The position numbers were made by a program, and so were the translations under genes. A stretch of 59,253 bases of DNA, the filler included. It is 3 parts of 3 records of this genome, joined end to end, with 100 filler letters (N's around TTAATTAATTAA, not from the genome) between each part and the next. Parts side by side here need not be neighbours in the genome. Positions count along the whole stretch, not along the records: positions 1 to 25,364 come from SRR20825006_654; 2 more parts are not named here. One strand, written 5' to 3'. The first letter of the stretch is position 1. Every line of letters starts with the position of its first letter. The notes beneath the pieces are model-generated. The model made no database searches and had not been told where the DNA came from. It saw nothing but the letters and a program-made list of their open reading frames with translations. Positions 1 to 10,063 of this stretch are shown one piece after another.

Positions 1-1400
1 TCAGTAGGAAAAAACACATTTTCTCCACTTACAAATCTATGCACTCCTGTTAAATATGTAGGATAATGATGCGTATCCCAACCATTATAATCCGCCCACG
101 GATGAATAACTATTCGCTTTTGCGGATCGTGCTTATAAAAGACTGAATCCAACTCATCTCTCCATCCTCCTTCATTGCCTTGATCCCAGATAATAACCGA
201 AGGATGGTTTACATCTCTAGAAACCGTTTCTTCTATTAGTTTTGTTCCAGTTTCTATATCATATGGATTTTGCCAACCAGCTAGTTCGTCCAAGACAAAC
301 AATCCTAAAGAATCGCATACCTCTAGAAAATGATCATCTGGAGGATAATGTCCCCGAACTGCATTCATATTCATATCTTTTAACAAATTAACATCCATAA
401 TGCTAATTTCTTTATCTGTGCTTCTTCCAGATTCGGGCCAAATGGTATGCCGATTAATTCCCTTCATTATTATTTTTTTTCCATTCACATAAATCCCATC
501 CTTTTTTCTGAAATCTATGGTTCTAAAACCAAAACGCTGGTTTACTTCGTGCAGGACTTTATTCCCTTGTTTTAATTGAAGTTTTAAACTGTATAAATTG
601 GGAGTTTCTGGCGACCAAATTTGTATTTCATTCCAATGAAATTCTAATAAAGCATTAGCTGCATTTATAGCTATTTTTTGTGATGACGAAGTAGTATTGG
701 TTCCACCTACAAGGCTTATTGAAGCCTCAACAAAGGCATTTTTAGGAATATTAGTTCCTTTGAAATCAAGAGTCATATTCCCATTCATTTTTGCATCTAT
801 TGCAATATGCTCGATATTCGATTTCGGTTTAATTTCAAGCCAAACAGGTCTGTATATCCCCCCGAATAGCCACCAGTCTGCTTTTCGTTCTGCATTGTTT
901 ACAGAGGCGTTTTCGGAATGCTTTTTTACATGAACCTCTAAAAGGTTTTTCCCTTCTGTTTTTAACAAATCTGAAATATCATAACTAAACTCATAAAAAC
1001 CTCCTTGATGAATTGCCCCAGCTATTTGTCCGTTTACTTTAACCTCAGTATCGGTCATAGCGCCACCAAAAAAGATATTCACTTGTTGATTTTCATACCG
1101 ATTAGGGACTTCAAATTCATACTTATAAAACCCCTCCTCTTTACTAGGCTCTTCTTGATCTAATTCTTTATACCATCTTCCGTAGGTATACGTTCCGAAG
1201 CCTTCCAATTCCCACTGAGAAGGTACATTTATGGTAGTCCATTTATTACTATTTGCTCCATCAGTACACATAAACTCCCATTTTACTGGATGCTTAAAAT
1301 CTTTTCCTGACAGATATATTTTAGCCGTTTCTTGTCCCCATATTATCTGTATAGACAATATGCAAACCACTACTAATAATCTTACTATAACACTTTTCAT
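1..1400 (-). CDS. GH2 glycoside hydrolase (beta-galactosidase-like), 3'-truncated at window edge
   Basis: Not in the ORF track because it has no stop in the window. ATG at 1400 gives MKSVIVRLLVVVCILS (signal peptide), then GH2 motifs DWWLFGGIYRPV, KGINRH, HYPP, NHPSVIIWDQGNE, and ends ...FFPT(E) at base 1. Confidence 0.9.
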   Translation of the reverse strand, partial: MKSVIVRLLVVVCILSIQIIWGQETAKIYLSGKDFKHPVKWEFMCTDGANSNKWTTINVPSQWELEGFGTYTYGRWYKELDQEEPSKEEGFYKYEFEVPNRYENQQVNIFFGGAMTDTEVKVNGQIAGAIHQGGFYEFSYDISDLLKTEGKNLLEVHVKKHSENASVNNAERKADWWLFGGIYRPVWLEIKPKSNIEHIAIDAKMNGNMTLDFKGTNIPKNAFVEASISLVGGTNTTSSSQKIAINAANALLEFHWNEIQIWSPETPNLYSLKLQLKQGNKVLHEVNQRFGFRTIDFRKKDGIYVNGKKIIMKGINRHTIWPESGRSTDKEISIMDVNLLKDMNMNAVRGHYPPDDHFLEVCDSLGLFVLDELAGWQNPYDIETGTKLIEETVSRDVNHPSVIIWDQGNEGGWRDELDSVFYKHDPQKRIVIHPWADYNGWDTHHYPTYLTGVHRFVSGENVFFPT

Positions 1401-1413
1401 TCTTGTTGGTTTG

Positions 1414-2712
1414 TTAGTTTCCATCTGGTTTGATAGCTTCAAATCTCGGACTCATTGGGAAAGTCCAGTTTTTTATATTATTTGGTTTATTTGGAGTGTA
1501 ATTACTTATTTTCTTCAAATATTTCTCTAATCCAGTAGTGTTTTTTCCTATCCCATCAACAACACATAAAGCAATCTCATTCGCACCAAAATCATTGAAA
1601 TGAGTATTGTCTTCAAGCGCTTTATTTTGTCCTGGAAAAGTTTGAGCTGGATATTGTACAAATGCATTTCTAGAGATTTCATCCCCCCAACTTTCATAGA
1701 GCACAGTAGTTATTTTTGTTAGATCTATCAATGCTACATTTAGGTCTTTTGCTACTTTTCTCATAGCAGCAGGATAGTCTCCATGTGTGTCATTTAGCTT
1801 ACCATTTTTGTCAAACCAACGGCGTTGAGTTGGGGTTATCAAAATTGGAATTGCACCTTTTTCTCTTGCACTTTTCACATATTCTTTTAGCAAATCTGAA
1901 TACGATTGCCACGGACCTATTCCCTCTCCTTTTCTTTTTTCATCATTATGCCCAAATTCAATCATTACATAATCTCCTTTTTTGATAAGTGATAAAACTT
2001 TTGCCCATCTTTTTCTTCCTTTAAAAGAAGCCAATGAAGCTCCAGAAGACGCATAATTGGCTACCACAATTTCATCATTAAAATACTGTGTAATAAACTG
2101 CCCCCATGAAGCCCAAGGCGATAAATCTTGATCGGTTACCGTAGAATCTCCTGCCAAAAAAAGTGTCTTAATAGCATCTATTTTGGTAATTATTAATTCT
2201 CTAACAGCTGTTCCTTTTGCAAATTCAAGAGTTAACTTTTCATCCCAATTTAAAGCTAATCTTTCCCTGTCTTTCAAATTAACAGTTTCCGTATTATTTA
2301 TTTTAGCATTTTTAACATCTATAGCAAAGGTTTTACTTATAACCTCCCCTACATTTGTTTGTTCCTCACAAACCATAGCTCTCCTTGATTCTGCTTTTAT
2401 GGTATTTATTGTTGAGGCGGTTTCACTTCCTAATTTAATAGTTACTTTGTAATTTCCATCTGGGATTGCTATTGAGAAATAAACCGTTTCTGTAGCGAGC
2501 ATATAATGCTTTTTCATTTTAACAAAAGAAGAAGTCAGGAAATCAAATCCGTAGTTTTCTTTAAAAACCTTAGCATGAGAAACAGGTACAGCGTTATTTG
2601 ACTCTTTTGTACCAAAATAATAGTGTAGTTCTTTAATACTAGCGTTTTGGCCAAATGTAGAATTTGAAATAATTAAGATTATAAGGAAAAATCTTATTTG
2701 TTTTATGTGCAT
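1414..2712 (-). CDS. Rhamnogalacturonan acetylesterase (CE12, SGNH/GDSL) with N-terminal beta-sandwich domain
   Basis: Signal peptide; SGNH blocks LAGDSTV, FGHND and DNTH; pectin-cluster context. Confidence 0.88.
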   Translation of the reverse strand: MHIKQIRFFLIILIISNSTFGQNASIKELHYYFGTKESNNAVPVSHAKVFKENYGFDFLTSSFVKMKKHYMLATETVYFSIAIPDGNYKVTIKLGSETASTINTIKAESRRAMVCEEQTNVGEVISKTFAIDVKNAKINNTETVNLKDRERLALNWDEKLTLEFAKGTAVRELIITKIDAIKTLFLAGDSTVTDQDLSPWASWGQFITQYFNDEIVVANYASSGASLASFKGRKRWAKVLSLIKKGDYVMIEFGHNDEKRKGEGIGPWQSYSDLLKEYVKSAREKGAIPILITPTQRRWFDKNGKLNDTHGDYPAAMRKVAKDLNVALIDLTKITTVLYESWGDEISRNAFVQYPAQTFPGQNKALEDNTHFNDFGANEIALCVVDGIGKNTTGLEKYLKKISNYTPNKPNNIKNWTFPMSPRFEAIKPDGN

Positions 2713-2762
2713 TGGTTGGAGTTATATTTTGCCTAAATATATCAAGGCTTCATATAACCTCC

Positions 2763-2778
2763 ATCCTGTACTATGATG
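2763..2778 (-). promoter_or_regulatory. Putative regulator site, copy 1 (CATCAT-AGTA-CAGGAT)
   Basis: Lies 21 nt upstream of TATATTTA (2741-2734), a variant of the Bacteroidota -7 element, ahead of the CE12-GH2 unit. Confidence 0.65.
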
Positions 2779-2788
2779 ACCGCTACTA

Positions 2789-3850
2789 TTATAAGGAATT
2801 TCTTTCAATGTATTTAAACACATTCTTCACCTTTTCCTTTTTATTTTTTAGAACCATATAGGCAGCAGTTTCTCCCATTGCCTTAAAATCTGTACTAATA
2901 ACAGTTATTCCTAATAATTCTTTTAGTGGAGTTTCATTATATGAAATAATTCCAATATCTGACCCCAAAACAAGTCCTTTCTTACGGATTTGTCTTACTA
3001 AATTTACCAAATCCATTTCTTCAATTGTAATATAAATATCTTTACTCTGAAGCTCCATATCATCATAGATTTCATCTAAAATCTCAAAATCAAAATTGTA
3101 TTCTACACAAAATTGTCTAAAACCATGAAGAATTCGTTTTGGATATGGATGAACAGATTTTGTAGGATATACTAATAATATTTTATCATATTTTTTTAAC
3201 CTATCCAATCCTTCTTTAAGAGCATTGTATATATCTTCTTGAAAATCTTGAAAAACAGACCCATAATCTCCTTGAATAAATGGTTTAGCATTATCCATTA
3301 TAATAAGCTTGTCTTTTGGGATTTGATTGATGGTATCCAATACCATTTCGGTATAGCTAACATGACTTAAATCTTCTAACTTAAAATGAGGCATGATTAC
3401 ATAATAATCATAAGCGCCCATATGTTTTTCTAGTGTTTTAACAAATAATGACTCCTCACAATGGTAAATAAATAAGTTTACATGTGCATTTACCCCGATA
3501 GCATTTACAAAAGAATTGTAGATCATCATTTTATAAGAACTAGGCTTATTAATCATGAAAAAGATATTTGCTTTGGATATAAGATCGGTTTTAGCAGTAT
3601 AATACCCCTTCCCTTTTACAGATACAATTACTTTTCTTTCCTTTAATTGCTTATATGCTTTTTCTACCGTATCTCTAGATAAGTAACAAGCTTCACTCAA
3701 TTCATTTATTGAAGGAATTTTCTGTCCCACTTGGAGTCTTCCTTTACTAATATCGTTAATTATAGAATCAACAATCTGTTTGTATTTAGGAACCCTAGAG
3801 GTTTCGTTAATGGTTATATTTATAATAGGTTGTGCCACGGAGGAACTCAT
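2789..3850 (-). CDS. GntR-family transcriptional regulator with C-terminal sugar-binding (periplasmic-binding-protein-like) domain
   Basis: N-terminal wHTH PKYKQI...IPSINELS...SRDTVEKAYKQL...KGKGYY; 353 aa; divergent from the rha operon. Confidence 0.9.
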   Translation of the reverse strand: MSSSVAQPIINITINETSRVPKYKQIVDSIINDISKGRLQVGQKIPSINELSEACYLSRDTVEKAYKQLKERKVIVSVKGKGYYTAKTDLISKANIFFMINKPSSYKMMIYNSFVNAIGVNAHVNLFIYHCEESLFVKTLEKHMGAYDYYVIMPHFKLEDLSHVSYTEMVLDTINQIPKDKLIIMDNAKPFIQGDYGSVFQDFQEDIYNALKEGLDRLKKYDKILLVYPTKSVHPYPKRILHGFRQFCVEYNFDFEILDEIYDDMELQSKDIYITIEEMDLVNLVRQIRKKGLVLGSDIGIISYNETPLKELLGITVISTDFKAMGETAAYMVLKNKKEKVKNVFKYIERNSL

Positions 3851-3954
3851 AATTTATTGTGATTTCGGCGGTTATTTAAAGGATTAATTGCGTAAAATTA
3901 AATAATTTTTATCAATATAATCGTTTTTATCAGAAACTCTTTTTTTGCCCTATG

Positions 3955-3999
3955 CAGTACACTACAGGATACAATGGTATGATTTAAGAATTACATTTG
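3955..3999 (+). promoter_or_regulatory. rha operon promoter: repeat CAGTAC-ACTA-CAGGAT (3955-3970) plus -7 element TACATTTG (3992-3999)
   Basis: Exact TAnnTTTG Bacteroidota promoter element, 21 nt after the repeat and 28 nt before the ATG. Confidence 0.75.
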
Positions 4000-4027
4000 A
4001 TTTATCAAAATCAATTTAGAATTAAAA

Positions 4028-6124
4028 ATGGACAAAACCTTTAAGTACGTAAACTATCTTTGGGATGATAAAAAAGCTAATGCATTAAAAGGAAAAGAAG
4101 TTGACCTTTTCTTGTACCGCTCTAATATATTAGGTGCAGACCTTAGGATTACTAATTACGGCGGAGGAAATACCAGCTGTAAAACCATTGAAAAAGATCC
4201 TTTAACTAATGAGGATGTTGAAGTAATGTGGATAAAAGGTTCTGGTGGAGATATTGGAACCCTCACACGTTCTGGTATTGCAGGACTGTACACCAACCGC
4301 CTAAGAAACTTAAAAAATGTATATAAAGGTCTAGATGACGAAGATAGAATGGTGGGGCTTTTTAACCATTGTATTTACGATTTGGATAGCAGAGCTCCAT
4401 CTATTGACACGCCTTTGCATGGGTTATTACCATTTAAACATATAGATCATTTACATCCAGATGCCTTAATTGCGGTTGCGGCAGCTGAAGATAGTGAGAA
4501 AATTACCAAAGAAATTTGGGGTGACACTATGGGATGGGTTCCTTGGCAGCGACCAGGATTTGATTTAGGACTCCAATTGGAAAAATGTCTAAATGAAAAC
4601 CCTGGAATTCGAGGAATCGTTTTAGGTAGTCACGGACTCTTTACTTGGGGAGATACTTCTTATGAATGTTATATGAACAGCCTAGAAGTTATTGAAACAG
4701 CTTCTGCATATATAGAACAGAAAACAAAAGAAAAAGGAAGTGTTTTTGGAGGCGAAAAAATTAAAAGTCTTCCTTCAGAAAAAAGAAAAGAAAAAGCTTC
4801 AGAATTAATGCCACTTTTAAGAGGATTATGTTCTTCTGAAAAACCTATGATAGGCCATTTTACAGATAGTGATGTAGTTCTAGAATATATAAATAGTAAT
4901 GATTTAGAGCGTTTAGCGCCTATGGGAACTTCATGTCCAGATCATTTCTTACGTACTAAAATACAACCGCTTGTACTTAATTTGGATACTGCGGAAGATG
5001 TTAGTAATACCGATTCCATATTAAAAAAGTTACAGCCTGCTTTTGAGCAATACCGACAAGAATATGCCGATTATTACAATGCGTGTAAGCATGATAATAG
5101 TCCGGCAATGCGCGACCCAAATCCTGTTATAATTATATATCCAGGAGTTGGAATGTTCTCTTTTGCTAAAAACAAACAAACAGCACGTGTAGCAAGTGAG
5201 TTCTACGTAAATGCTATAAATGTTATGAGAGGAGCAGAAGCCATTTCTGCCTATACATCTTTACCTAGACAAGAGGCTTTTGATATTGAATATTGGTTGT
5301 TGGAAGAAGCAAAACTACAACGGATGCCTGCTGAACAACCACTTTCTAGAAAAGTGGCTATTGTTACTGGCGCTGGTGGTGGTATTGGTAAATCTATTGC
5401 TGATAAATTAGTTGCTGAAGGTGCTAATGTTGTACTTACAGACATTAATGAAGACTATTTAAAAGACGCAGAAAAAACATACAAAAAAGACCAAGTAGCC
5501 ATTGCCCTTTGCGATGTTACTAAGGAGGATTCTATAAAAGAAGCTTTTAGTAAGGCATGTCTTGCCTTTGGAGGGGTTGACATTATTGTTCATTCTGCTG
5601 GTTTGGCTATTTCTAAATCTCTTGAAGATACCGAATTAAAAGATTGGGATTTACTACAAAATATATTGGTAAAAGGTCAATTTTTAATGGCGCAACAAGG
5701 AGTAGCTATATTAAAAAAACAAGGGCTCGGCGGTGATATTGTAAATATTGCAAGTAAAAATGGACTGGTAGCTGGCCCTAATAATGTTGGCTATGGAACT
5801 GCCAAAGCCGCACAACAACATATGACTCGACTTTTAGCAGCAGAACTTGGAGAGGCTAAAATACGAGTAAATACTGTAAATCCAGATGGTGTTATTGTAG
5901 GGAGCAAAATCTGGGAAGGAGAATGGGCGGAAGGAAGAGCTAAAGCCTATGGAATCTCTGTAGATGAACTTCCTGCTCATTATGCAAAAAGAAACTTATT
6001 AAACGAAATAATTTATCCAGAAGATATTGCTAACGGAGTATTTTCATTCGTTGCTATTTTGGATAAATCTACCGGAAACATTATAAATGTAGATGGTGGA
6101 ATGGCAAATGCATTTGTTAGATAA
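4028..6124 (+). CDS. rhaEW: Bifunctional rhamnulose-1-phosphate aldolase / short-chain (lactaldehyde) dehydrogenase
   Basis: Class II aldolase N-domain (GGGNTS, HLHPD, CPDHFLRTK) fused to an SDR domain (TGAGGGIG, YGTAK). Confidence 0.93.
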   Translation: MDKTFKYVNYLWDDKKANALKGKEVDLFLYRSNILGADLRITNYGGGNTSCKTIEKDPLTNEDVEVMWIKGSGGDIGTLTRSGIAGLYTNRLRNLKNVYKGLDDEDRMVGLFNHCIYDLDSRAPSIDTPLHGLLPFKHIDHLHPDALIAVAAAEDSEKITKEIWGDTMGWVPWQRPGFDLGLQLEKCLNENPGIRGIVLGSHGLFTWGDTSYECYMNSLEVIETASAYIEQKTKEKGSVFGGEKIKSLPSEKRKEKASELMPLLRGLCSSEKPMIGHFTDSDVVLEYINSNDLERLAPMGTSCPDHFLRTKIQPLVLNLDTAEDVSNTDSILKKLQPAFEQYRQEYADYYNACKHDNSPAMRDPNPVIIIYPGVGMFSFAKNKQTARVASEFYVNAINVMRGAEAISAYTSLPRQEAFDIEYWLLEEAKLQRMPAEQPLSRKVAIVTGAGGGIGKSIADKLVAEGANVVLTDINEDYLKDAEKTYKKDQVAIALCDVTKEDSIKEAFSKACLAFGGVDIIVHSAGLAISKSLEDTELKDWDLLQNILVKGQFLMAQQGVAILKKQGLGGDIVNIASKNGLVAGPNNVGYGTAKAAQQHMTRLLAAELGEAKIRVNTVNPDGVIVGSKIWEGEWAEGRAKAYGISVDELPAHYAKRNLLNEIIYPEDIANGVFSFVAILDKSTGNIINVDGGMANAFVR

Positions 6125-6150
6125 ATGTAATAGTTGTTAGTTAGCTTAAG

Positions 6151-6194
6151 TAAATCTCCCATAGGTTTTTACCAACCTATGGAGATTTATTTTT
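6151..6194 (+). terminator. Intercistronic hairpin with T-tract
   Basis: TAAATCTCC(C)ATAGGTT-tttacc-AACCTATGGAGATTTA followed by TTTTT, between rhaEW and rhaI. Confidence 0.6.
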
Positions 6195-6234
6195 AAATTC
6201 ACTTTGGTTTTACAACCTAAAATAATCTAAACTT

Positions 6235-7512
6235 ATGATCTTAAACCCAGACCAACTAAATACCAATAAAGACGATATATCTATTCATAAAGATCAATTT
6301 GATAACTTAGCTTCTTCTCTTTCGAGGCAAAATATTCAAGTAGATCAAATTGTAAATAAATTAGCCAATTTTCAAATAGCAATTCCAAGTTGGGCTCTAG
6401 GAGCTGGAGGTACCAGGTTTGGAAGATTTTCTTACCATGGAGAGCCTTCTTCACTAGAACAAAAACTAGAAGATATTGGAGTAATTCATAGCCTTACCAA
6501 AAGTGCTGGAGCTGTTTCATTACATATTCCATGGGACATTCCAAAGGATTATAACGCAATTAAAGAATTAGCAAATAGCCTCGATATAAAATTTGATGCT
6601 GTTAATTCCAATACTTTTCAAGATCAACCCAATGCAAAAGAGTCTTATAAATTTGGGTCGCTTAGCAATACAAGTCAAGCGGTAAGAGACCAAGCTATAG
6701 CTCATAATAAAGAAGTTATTAATATTGGAGAAAAATTAGGTTCTAAAAGTATTACTGTTTGGTTAGCAGATGGGAGTTCTTTTCCTGGCCAAAGCAATTT
6801 TCAAACGGCACTTTCACATACCCAAAACAGTTTAAAAGACATCTATAAATCGTTACCCAACGATTGGAAGCTTTTTATAGAGTACAAACCCTACGAACCT
6901 TATTTTTACAGCACTGTTATTCAGGACTGGGGGACTTCCTTTATGCTTGCTAATGAATGTGGTGAAAAAGCTTTTACACTTGTAGACCTTGGACATCATT
7001 TACCAAATACTAACATCGAGCAAATTGTTTCTACACTTATGCTTAAAGGAAAACTAGGTGGTTTTCATTTTAATGATAGTAAATATGGTGATGATGATAT
7101 TACAGTGGGCTCTATAAAACCTTATGCGCTTTTCTTAATTTTTAATGAATTGGTTTACGGAATGGAAAACAATCCGCAAAATCCAGAACTTTCTTGGATG
7201 ATTGACGCTAGTCATAATCTAAAGGACCCTTTGGAGGACCTTATTCAATCATTAGAAACCATTCAAATAACATATGCCAAAGCCTTATTGGTAGATCAAA
7301 CCAAACTTAAACAAGCACAGGAAAATCACGATGTAAGTTTATGTCAGGAAATTCTTCAAAACGCTTATTTAACAGATGTACGTCCGCTTGTAAAACAAGC
7401 TCGACTGCAACAACAAGGAGCTTTAGATCCTTTAAAAACATATAGATTGCTTTCCATAAGAGAACAATTGATAAAAGAAAGAGGAAAAAATACGGTTGCA
7501 ACTGGACTATAA
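6235..7512 (+). CDS. rhaI: L-rhamnose isomerase (RhaI type, xylose-isomerase-like TIM barrel)
   Basis: Motifs PSWALGAGGTRF, LHIPWD, EYKPYEP, DLGHH and HFNDSKYGDDD. Confidence 0.9.
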   Translation: MILNPDQLNTNKDDISIHKDQFDNLASSLSRQNIQVDQIVNKLANFQIAIPSWALGAGGTRFGRFSYHGEPSSLEQKLEDIGVIHSLTKSAGAVSLHIPWDIPKDYNAIKELANSLDIKFDAVNSNTFQDQPNAKESYKFGSLSNTSQAVRDQAIAHNKEVINIGEKLGSKSITVWLADGSSFPGQSNFQTALSHTQNSLKDIYKSLPNDWKLFIEYKPYEPYFYSTVIQDWGTSFMLANECGEKAFTLVDLGHHLPNTNIEQIVSTLMLKGKLGGFHFNDSKYGDDDITVGSIKPYALFLIFNELVYGMENNPQNPELSWMIDASHNLKDPLEDLIQSLETIQITYAKALLVDQTKLKQAQENHDVSLCQEILQNAYLTDVRPLVKQARLQQQGALDPLKTYRLLSIREQLIKERGKNTVATGL

Positions 7513-7522
7513 CGATTGAAAC

Positions 7523-8896
7523 ATGAAAAGGAAAGTTACTGCTGTTTTTGATATTGGAAAAACTAATAAAAAATTCTTTCTCTTCGATGAAGATTTTCAA
7601 GAGGTATATCGCGAATATGCTCGTTTTGAATCTATTGAAGATGAAGATGGTTATCCTACCGAAAACTTGGGAAAACTTCAGAATTGGTTAAAAAAATTAT
7701 TTCATAGAATTTTAGAAGCGGAAGAGTTTGATGTTAAAGCTATCAATTTTTCTTCCTATGGAGCCAGTTTTGTTCATTTAGATGAAAATGGAGAAGCACT
7801 CACCCCCTTGTACAATTATACAAAACCGATTGAAGAAGATTTAATCAATTCATTTTATAAAAAATACGGTCCTGAATTGGAGTTCACACGGCAAACAGGT
7901 TCTTCTAAAGAAGGTCTTTTAAACTCAGGAATGCAGTTGTATTGGCTAAAACATACCAAACCAGAGGTGTTTAAAAAAATAAAATTTTCATTGCATCTGC
8001 CACAATACCTCAGCTATATTTTTACGGGAATTCCTTTGAGTGAATATACAAGTATTGGTTGCCATACTGCTTTATGGGATTACAATAAAAAAGATTATCA
8101 TCAATGGGTATATAAAGAAGAAATTCATAAAATTTTACCCCCTATCGTTTCCACAGAAACGAGTATTAATATGAATTACAACGGAAAACGTATTAAAATT
8201 GGTGTTGGAATTCACGATAGTTCTGCTGCTCTTTTACCGTATGTAAGGAGTTTAACAGAACCTTTTGTTTTGGTATCCACTGGTACTTGGAGTATCGCTT
8301 TAAATCCATTTACTTCTTCTGAGTTAACCACCGTTGAGGTTACAAATAATTGTATTAACTATATGAGAATTAATGGTAAACAAGTTAAAGCTTCTCGATT
8401 ATTTCTGGGAAATGAATATAAAATTCAGGTAAAAAAATTATCAGAAATGTATCAGGTTTCAGAAGATTATCATAAAACTGTTCAGTTTGATGAAGATGCT
8501 TATTATGAAATAACTAAAGAATTTGAGCACCTTTTTAAATGGGAAAGTATTAAAAATAATATCGAACTAACAGCCACAGAACTTCCATACGATACTTTTG
8601 AAGATGCTTATCATCATTTAATGATTGAGCTTGTTAAGCTTCAGGTGCAAAGTATAGAAACTGCCAAAGGAGATGACCAAATAACAAAATTGTATGTAGA
8701 TGGCGGGTTTAGTGATAATGATGTATATATTAAATTATTATCTCACTATCTTAGAAACATGGAATTACGTACTACCGATGCATCCTTAGGGTCTGCCTTG
8801 GGCGCTGCTATTAGTATTTCTGACACCCAGCTTAATTCTAAGTTCCTTAAAAAGAACTATTCATTAAAAAAACATGTTCCGCTAATTATAAAGTAA
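7523..8896 (+). CDS. rhaB: FGGY-family sugar kinase, probable rhamnulokinase
   Basis: DIGKTNKK, GIHDSSAA, STGTW and DGGF motifs; position in the operon. Confidence 0.82.
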   Translation: MKRKVTAVFDIGKTNKKFFLFDEDFQEVYREYARFESIEDEDGYPTENLGKLQNWLKKLFHRILEAEEFDVKAINFSSYGASFVHLDENGEALTPLYNYTKPIEEDLINSFYKKYGPELEFTRQTGSSKEGLLNSGMQLYWLKHTKPEVFKKIKFSLHLPQYLSYIFTGIPLSEYTSIGCHTALWDYNKKDYHQWVYKEEIHKILPPIVSTETSINMNYNGKRIKIGVGIHDSSAALLPYVRSLTEPFVLVSTGTWSIALNPFTSSELTTVEVTNNCINYMRINGKQVKASRLFLGNEYKIQVKKLSEMYQVSEDYHKTVQFDEDAYYEITKEFEHLFKWESIKNNIELTATELPYDTFEDAYHHLMIELVKLQVQSIETAKGDDQITKLYVDGGFSDNDVYIKLLSHYLRNMELRTTDASLGSALGAAISISDTQLNSKFLKKNYSLKKHVPLIIK

Positions 8897-8902
8897 CAAG
8901 TT

Positions 8903-10054
8903 ATGGCATTAAACTTTAACTATAAATATCCTTCGGTTGATGATTTAAGGAAGAAAGCACAACAAAGAATTCCAAGGTTTGCTTTTGAATATTTGGATGG
9001 CGGTTGCAATGAAGATGTTAATATCCAACGAAACACTGCTGAGATTAGAGAGGTTCAGTTAGAGCCTAGATACCTTAAAAACTATAACGATAGTTCTATA
9101 AAAACCACCTTATTTGGTAAGGAATACGATGCTCCTTTTGGTATTGCTCCAGTAGGTTTACAGGGACTCATGTGGCCAAATTCGCCTGAAATTTTAGCAA
9201 AAGCGGCTTTTAACCATAATATTCCCTTTATTTTAAGTACAGTAACCACATGCAATATAGAACGAGCAAGTGAACTCACCGAGGGAAACGCATGGTTTCA
9301 ACTTTATAATCCAGTTGACGATTACATCCGAAAAGATATTATAAAAAGAGCTGGAGATGCTCAATGCCCAGTTTTAGTATTATTATGTGATGTTCCTACT
9401 TTTGGTTACCGCCCACGAGATTTTAGGAATGGGCTAGCGCTACCTCCAAAAATGAGTTTACAAAATATCTTGCAAATTCTAGGAAAACCAAGTTGGGCTC
9501 TTGAAACTTTAAAACATGGACAACCAAATTTTGAAAATATAAAACCCTATATGCCAAACGGACTTAATTTAAAACAATTAGGGAAGTTTATGGATGAAAC
9601 TTTTTCTGGGAGACTTAACGAAGAACGTATAAAACCAATCCGCGATCAATGGAAAGGAAAATTGGTTTTAAAAGGAGTTGCTTCTGAAGAGGATACTCAA
9701 GAAGCTATTCGATTAGGTTTTGATGGTGTTATTGTTTCCAATCATGGAGGGAGACAATTGGATGCTGGAGAATCTACCATCAAACCTCTTACAAACATTG
9801 CAGAAAAATACGGAAATCAGATTGAAGTAATGATGGATAGCGGACTCCGTTCGGGGCCTGATATTGCTAGAAGTTTAGCAAGCGGTGCCAAATTTACCTT
9901 CATGGGAAGATCTTTTATGTATGGGGCTGCAGCATTGGGTAACCAAGGTGGCGACCATACAATTTCCATGCTAAAAGTTCAATTAAAACAAGTAATGGAT
10001 CAATTGTGTTGTGAAAAAATAGCCGATTTACCTAAACATTTAATTAACCACTAA
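8903..10054 (+). CDS. lldD: FMN-dependent alpha-hydroxy-acid dehydrogenase (L-lactate dehydrogenase-like)
   Basis: WFQLY, LVLKG, VSNHGGRQLD and DSGLRSG motifs. Confidence 0.85.
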   Translation: MALNFNYKYPSVDDLRKKAQQRIPRFAFEYLDGGCNEDVNIQRNTAEIREVQLEPRYLKNYNDSSIKTTLFGKEYDAPFGIAPVGLQGLMWPNSPEILAKAAFNHNIPFILSTVTTCNIERASELTEGNAWFQLYNPVDDYIRKDIIKRAGDAQCPVLVLLCDVPTFGYRPRDFRNGLALPPKMSLQNILQILGKPSWALETLKHGQPNFENIKPYMPNGLNLKQLGKFMDETFSGRLNEERIKPIRDQWKGKLVLKGVASEEDTQEAIRLGFDGVIVSNHGGRQLDAGESTIKPLTNIAEKYGNQIEVMMDSGLRSGPDIARSLASGAKFTFMGRSFMYGAAALGNQGGDHTISMLKVQLKQVMDQLCCEKIADLPKHLINH

Positions 10055-10063
10055 AACCAAATT

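Noticed and set aside
697-1530. Short plus-strand ORFs 697-933 and 1231-1530
   Set aside because: They lie opposite the GH2 and CE12 genes.
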